This document shows positions 45,117 to 47,546 of a stretch of DNA of 47,546 nt, piece after piece. The stretch's first letter is position 1; each line of letters opens with the position of its first letter. The translations under genes and the position numbers were made by a program. This DNA is from Acidimicrobiaceae bacterium (GTDB lineage: Bacteria; Actinomycetota; Acidimicrobiia; Acidimicrobiales; Bog-793): contig PLDN01000135.1 of the NCBI GenBank assembly GCA_003136185.1, positions 30,653-78,198 on the forward strand, given 5' to 3'. A model generated the notes under the pieces. It made no database searches and was not told the DNA's origin. It was given only the letters and a program-made list of their open reading frames with translations.

Positions 45117-47546
45117 ATGACCGGTGTCTCGGACTTGCCGCCACAAGGTCGTCGCGCGGCACGGCGCGGTCGTTGTGCCAAACCAGCTAGGCACGGCGCC
45201 ATCGGCGCCATCTTGGCTGCCGTGCTCATGGCGGGCGGGCTCGTGGTGTCGGTCGGCCTTGGCGCACCCCCGGCGGGCGCTGCCAGCAGCATCCTGCCGG
45301 TTCCCACCTGGACCGAGCTCTCGCCGGCGACCAGCCCGGCGGCGCGCCAACTCGGCACGATGGCCTACGACTCTGGGACCGGGCAGCTGGTGCTCTTCGG
45401 CGGCGCCGGCACCTCCTTTCCCGGGGGGCTCCGCAACGACACCTGGACCTTCAACGGCATGACCTGGACGCAGCTCTCGCCCGCCACGAGCCCTCCCGGC
45501 CGCGACGGCGCCGTCATGGCCTACGACCCGGCGACCGGGCAGATGGTGCTCTTCGGCGGCTACTCCGGCGGTGATCTCGACGACACCTGGATCTGGAACG
45601 GGACGAACTGGGCTGAAGCGAGCCCGTCGACCAGCCCGCCGGGGCTCGACGGGGCCGCCATGGCCTACGACGCCGGAACCGGCCAACTCGTTCTCTTCGG
45701 GGGCCAGGGCGATTCCGGCGGCCCGGGCAACGAGACCTGGACCTGGAACGGGACGACCTGGACGGAGCAGGCGCCGACTACGAGCCCGGTCGGCCGGTCG
45801 GACGCCGCCATGGCCTACGACCCCGCGATCGGCCAGCTCGTTCTCTTCGGCGGCCATGTATACAGCGCGACTTTCGGCGACACCTGGGCGTGGACCGGCA
45901 CCAACTGGACCGAGCAGTCGCCGACGACGAGCCCGTCAGGTCGGTCCGGCGCGTCGATGGCCTACGACCCCGGCACCGGACAGCTGATCCTGTTCGGTGG
46001 TGATGGCGGCAGCGGCGAGATGAGCGACACCTGGACGTTGAGCTCCACGACCTGGACCGAGCAGTCGCCGACAGCAAGCCCGCAGGGAACGGTGTCCGGA
46101 ATGATGGCCTATGACCCGGCGACGGGTCAGCTCGTGCTCTTCGGCGCCCCTTACTCCTACACCTGGTACTGGGGATACCCAAGCGGGCTCAGCGCGAGCT
46201 GGACACAGCTCTCACCTGCGACCAGCCCGCCGGGGCGGTCCTATGCCGTCATGGCCTTCGACGCCGCGACGGGCCAGACGGTCCTGTTCGGCGGCAACGA
46301 GGCCTCGGACCTGAACCAGGCCGACACTTGGACCTATCAAGGAGGCGCTTGGACCGAGCAGTCGCCGGCGACGAGCCCACCGGGCAGGGCAGGAGCGTCG
46401 ATGGCCTACGACCCCGCCACTGGCCAGTTGTTGCTCTTCGGTGGCGCGACCAACGCAGGAGCCGCGAGCGACACCTGGACCTGGACGGGCTCGACCTGGC
46501 AGGCGTTGACGCCGGCCACGAGCCCGCCCAAGCGATACGGCGCCGCCATGGCCTTCGACGCCGCCACAGGCCAACTCGTGCTCTTCGGCGGCTACGGCGG
46601 CACGGGGTCGTCGACCAACCTCAACGACACCTGGACCTGGAACGGCTCGAACTGGGTGGCGCAGACCCCTGCGACGAGTCCGCCCGCCCGAGCCTTCCCG
46701 ACGATGGCCTACGACGCCGGAACCGGCCAACTGGTGCTCTTCGGCGGCTACGGCGCTGCTGGCGACCTCAGCGACACCTGGACGTGGACCGGTTCGAACT
46801 GGGTGTCGCAGAGCCCGGCGACAATCCCGCTAGGCCGCGAGTTCCCATCGATGGTCTACGACCCCGCCCTTGGTGAGCTCGTGGTCTTCGGCGGGAAGGG
46901 ATCCTCTGGGGAGCTCAGCGACACGTTGGCGTGGGTGCCGAGTGGCGACACATACAACTGGACGGACCTGTCGCCGGCCGCGAACCCGTCGGCCCGCGAC
47001 TACGCGGCCATAGCCTACGACTCCGCCGACGGCCAGCTCATAATCTTCGGCGGCGAGAACACGACGAGCGGCGACCTAGGGGACACCTGGGACTACGGCC
47101 TCCTAGCGGCTGCGCCAGCGGCGCCGGAGGTCACCGAAGCAACGCCAGGGCCAGGGTCGGCCACGATCACCTGGATCGCTCCCAGCGCCGACGGCGGAAC
47201 GCCAATCACCGGCTACGACGTCTATGAGGCAAGCACTCCCGGTAGCGAGAGTGCGACACCGGTCAACGCCTCGCCGGTGGCGGCTGGAGCGACGAGCTAC
47301 ACGGCGACCGGTCTCACGAACGGCACTCCGTACTTCTTCAAGGTGCGGGCGCTAAATGCTGTCGGCAAGAGCGCCTTGTCGAACGAGGCGCCCGTCATTC
47401 CGGTGGCACCGCCGGGGGCGCCCAGTGGGCTCGGGGCCTTCTCCGGTCAGAACCAGACAGTGCAACTCGGCTGGACCGACCCGACTGTCGACGGTGGTAG
47501 CGCGATCACCGGCTACGACGTCTACGACGCGACGACGGCCGGTGGC
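45117..47546 (+). CDS. Large secreted protein with 12 Kelch-like repeats and FN3 domains; runs off the right edge and is absent from the ORF track
   Basis: ATG 45117 after AGGAGG; signal peptide; 12 x MAYDxxTGQLVLFGG..DTWTWxGxxW..SPxxR; FN3 motifs W..P..DGG.PITGYDVY and GLTNGTPYFFKVRA.N.VG; in frame with the window end. Confidence 0.9.
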   Translation, partial: MTGVSDLPPQGRRAARRGRCAKPARHGAIGAILAAVLMAGGLVVSVGLGAPPAGAASSILPVPTWTELSPATSPAARQLGTMAYDSGTGQLVLFGGAGTSFPGGLRNDTWTFNGMTWTQLSPATSPPGRDGAVMAYDPATGQMVLFGGYSGGDLDDTWIWNGTNWAEASPSTSPPGLDGAAMAYDAGTGQLVLFGGQGDSGGPGNETWTWNGTTWTEQAPTTSPVGRSDAAMAYDPAIGQLVLFGGHVYSATFGDTWAWTGTNWTEQSPTTSPSGRSGASMAYDPGTGQLILFGGDGGSGEMSDTWTLSSTTWTEQSPTASPQGTVSGMMAYDPATGQLVLFGAPYSYTWYWGYPSGLSASWTQLSPATSPPGRSYAVMAFDAATGQTVLFGGNEASDLNQADTWTYQGGAWTEQSPATSPPGRAGASMAYDPATGQLLLFGGATNAGAASDTWTWTGSTWQALTPATSPPKRYGAAMAFDAATGQLVLFGGYGGTGSSTNLNDTWTWNGSNWVAQTPATSPPARAFPTMAYDAGTGQLVLFGGYGAAGDLSDTWTWTGSNWVSQSPATIPLGREFPSMVYDPALGELVVFGGKGSSGELSDTLAWVPSGDTYNWTDLSPAANPSARDYAAIAYDSADGQLIIFGGENTTSGDLGDTWDYGLLAAAPAAPEVTEATPGPGSATITWIAPSADGGTPITGYDVYEASTPGSESATPVNASPVAAGATSYTATGLTNGTPYFFKVRALNAVGKSALSNEAPVIPVAPPGAPSGLGAFSGQNQTVQLGWTDPTVDGGSAITGYDVYDATTAGG

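Noticed and set aside
45307-47100. About 150-bp periodic DNA repeats as a CRISPR array or DGR
   Set aside because: Degenerate in-frame protein repeats; no cas genes, unique spacers or reverse transcriptase.

Overview
GC-rich actinobacterial DNA; Acidimicrobiia-like by inference from composition, leaderless promoters and the secreted repeat proteins. No rRNA, tRNA, CRISPR or transposase was seen. Left end: a tyrosine phenol-lyase gene cut by the window edge, behind an internally deleted WS/DGAT gene with two DosR-like boxes. About 1.35-40.4 kb is one large, uncharacterised acyl-CoA catabolic locus: 8 acyl-CoA dehydrogenases (3 alpha-type and 3 beta-type heteromeric subunits plus 2 conventional), a CoA ligase, 3 crotonases, 2 hot-dog dehydratases, 2 SDRs, a thiolase, two paralogous double-domain class III CoA-transferases, an AMACR-like enzyme, a carboxyltransferase with no biotin carboxylase in the window, a CitE-like lyase, an LLM oxidoreductase, a Liv-type ABC importer, and TetR and GntR/UTRA regulators. 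A 16-bp motif ACNTGACTGGACAAGT occurs four times, with three weaker variants, in the intergenic promoter regions and probably defines the GntR regulon. Several genes are collapsed remnants that keep both ends. Right end: accessory DNA with pseudogenes, Mop, two tandem type II TA systems with operator palindromes, and two secreted beta-propeller-repeat proteins. Family calls are by motif recognition only; no searches were run.
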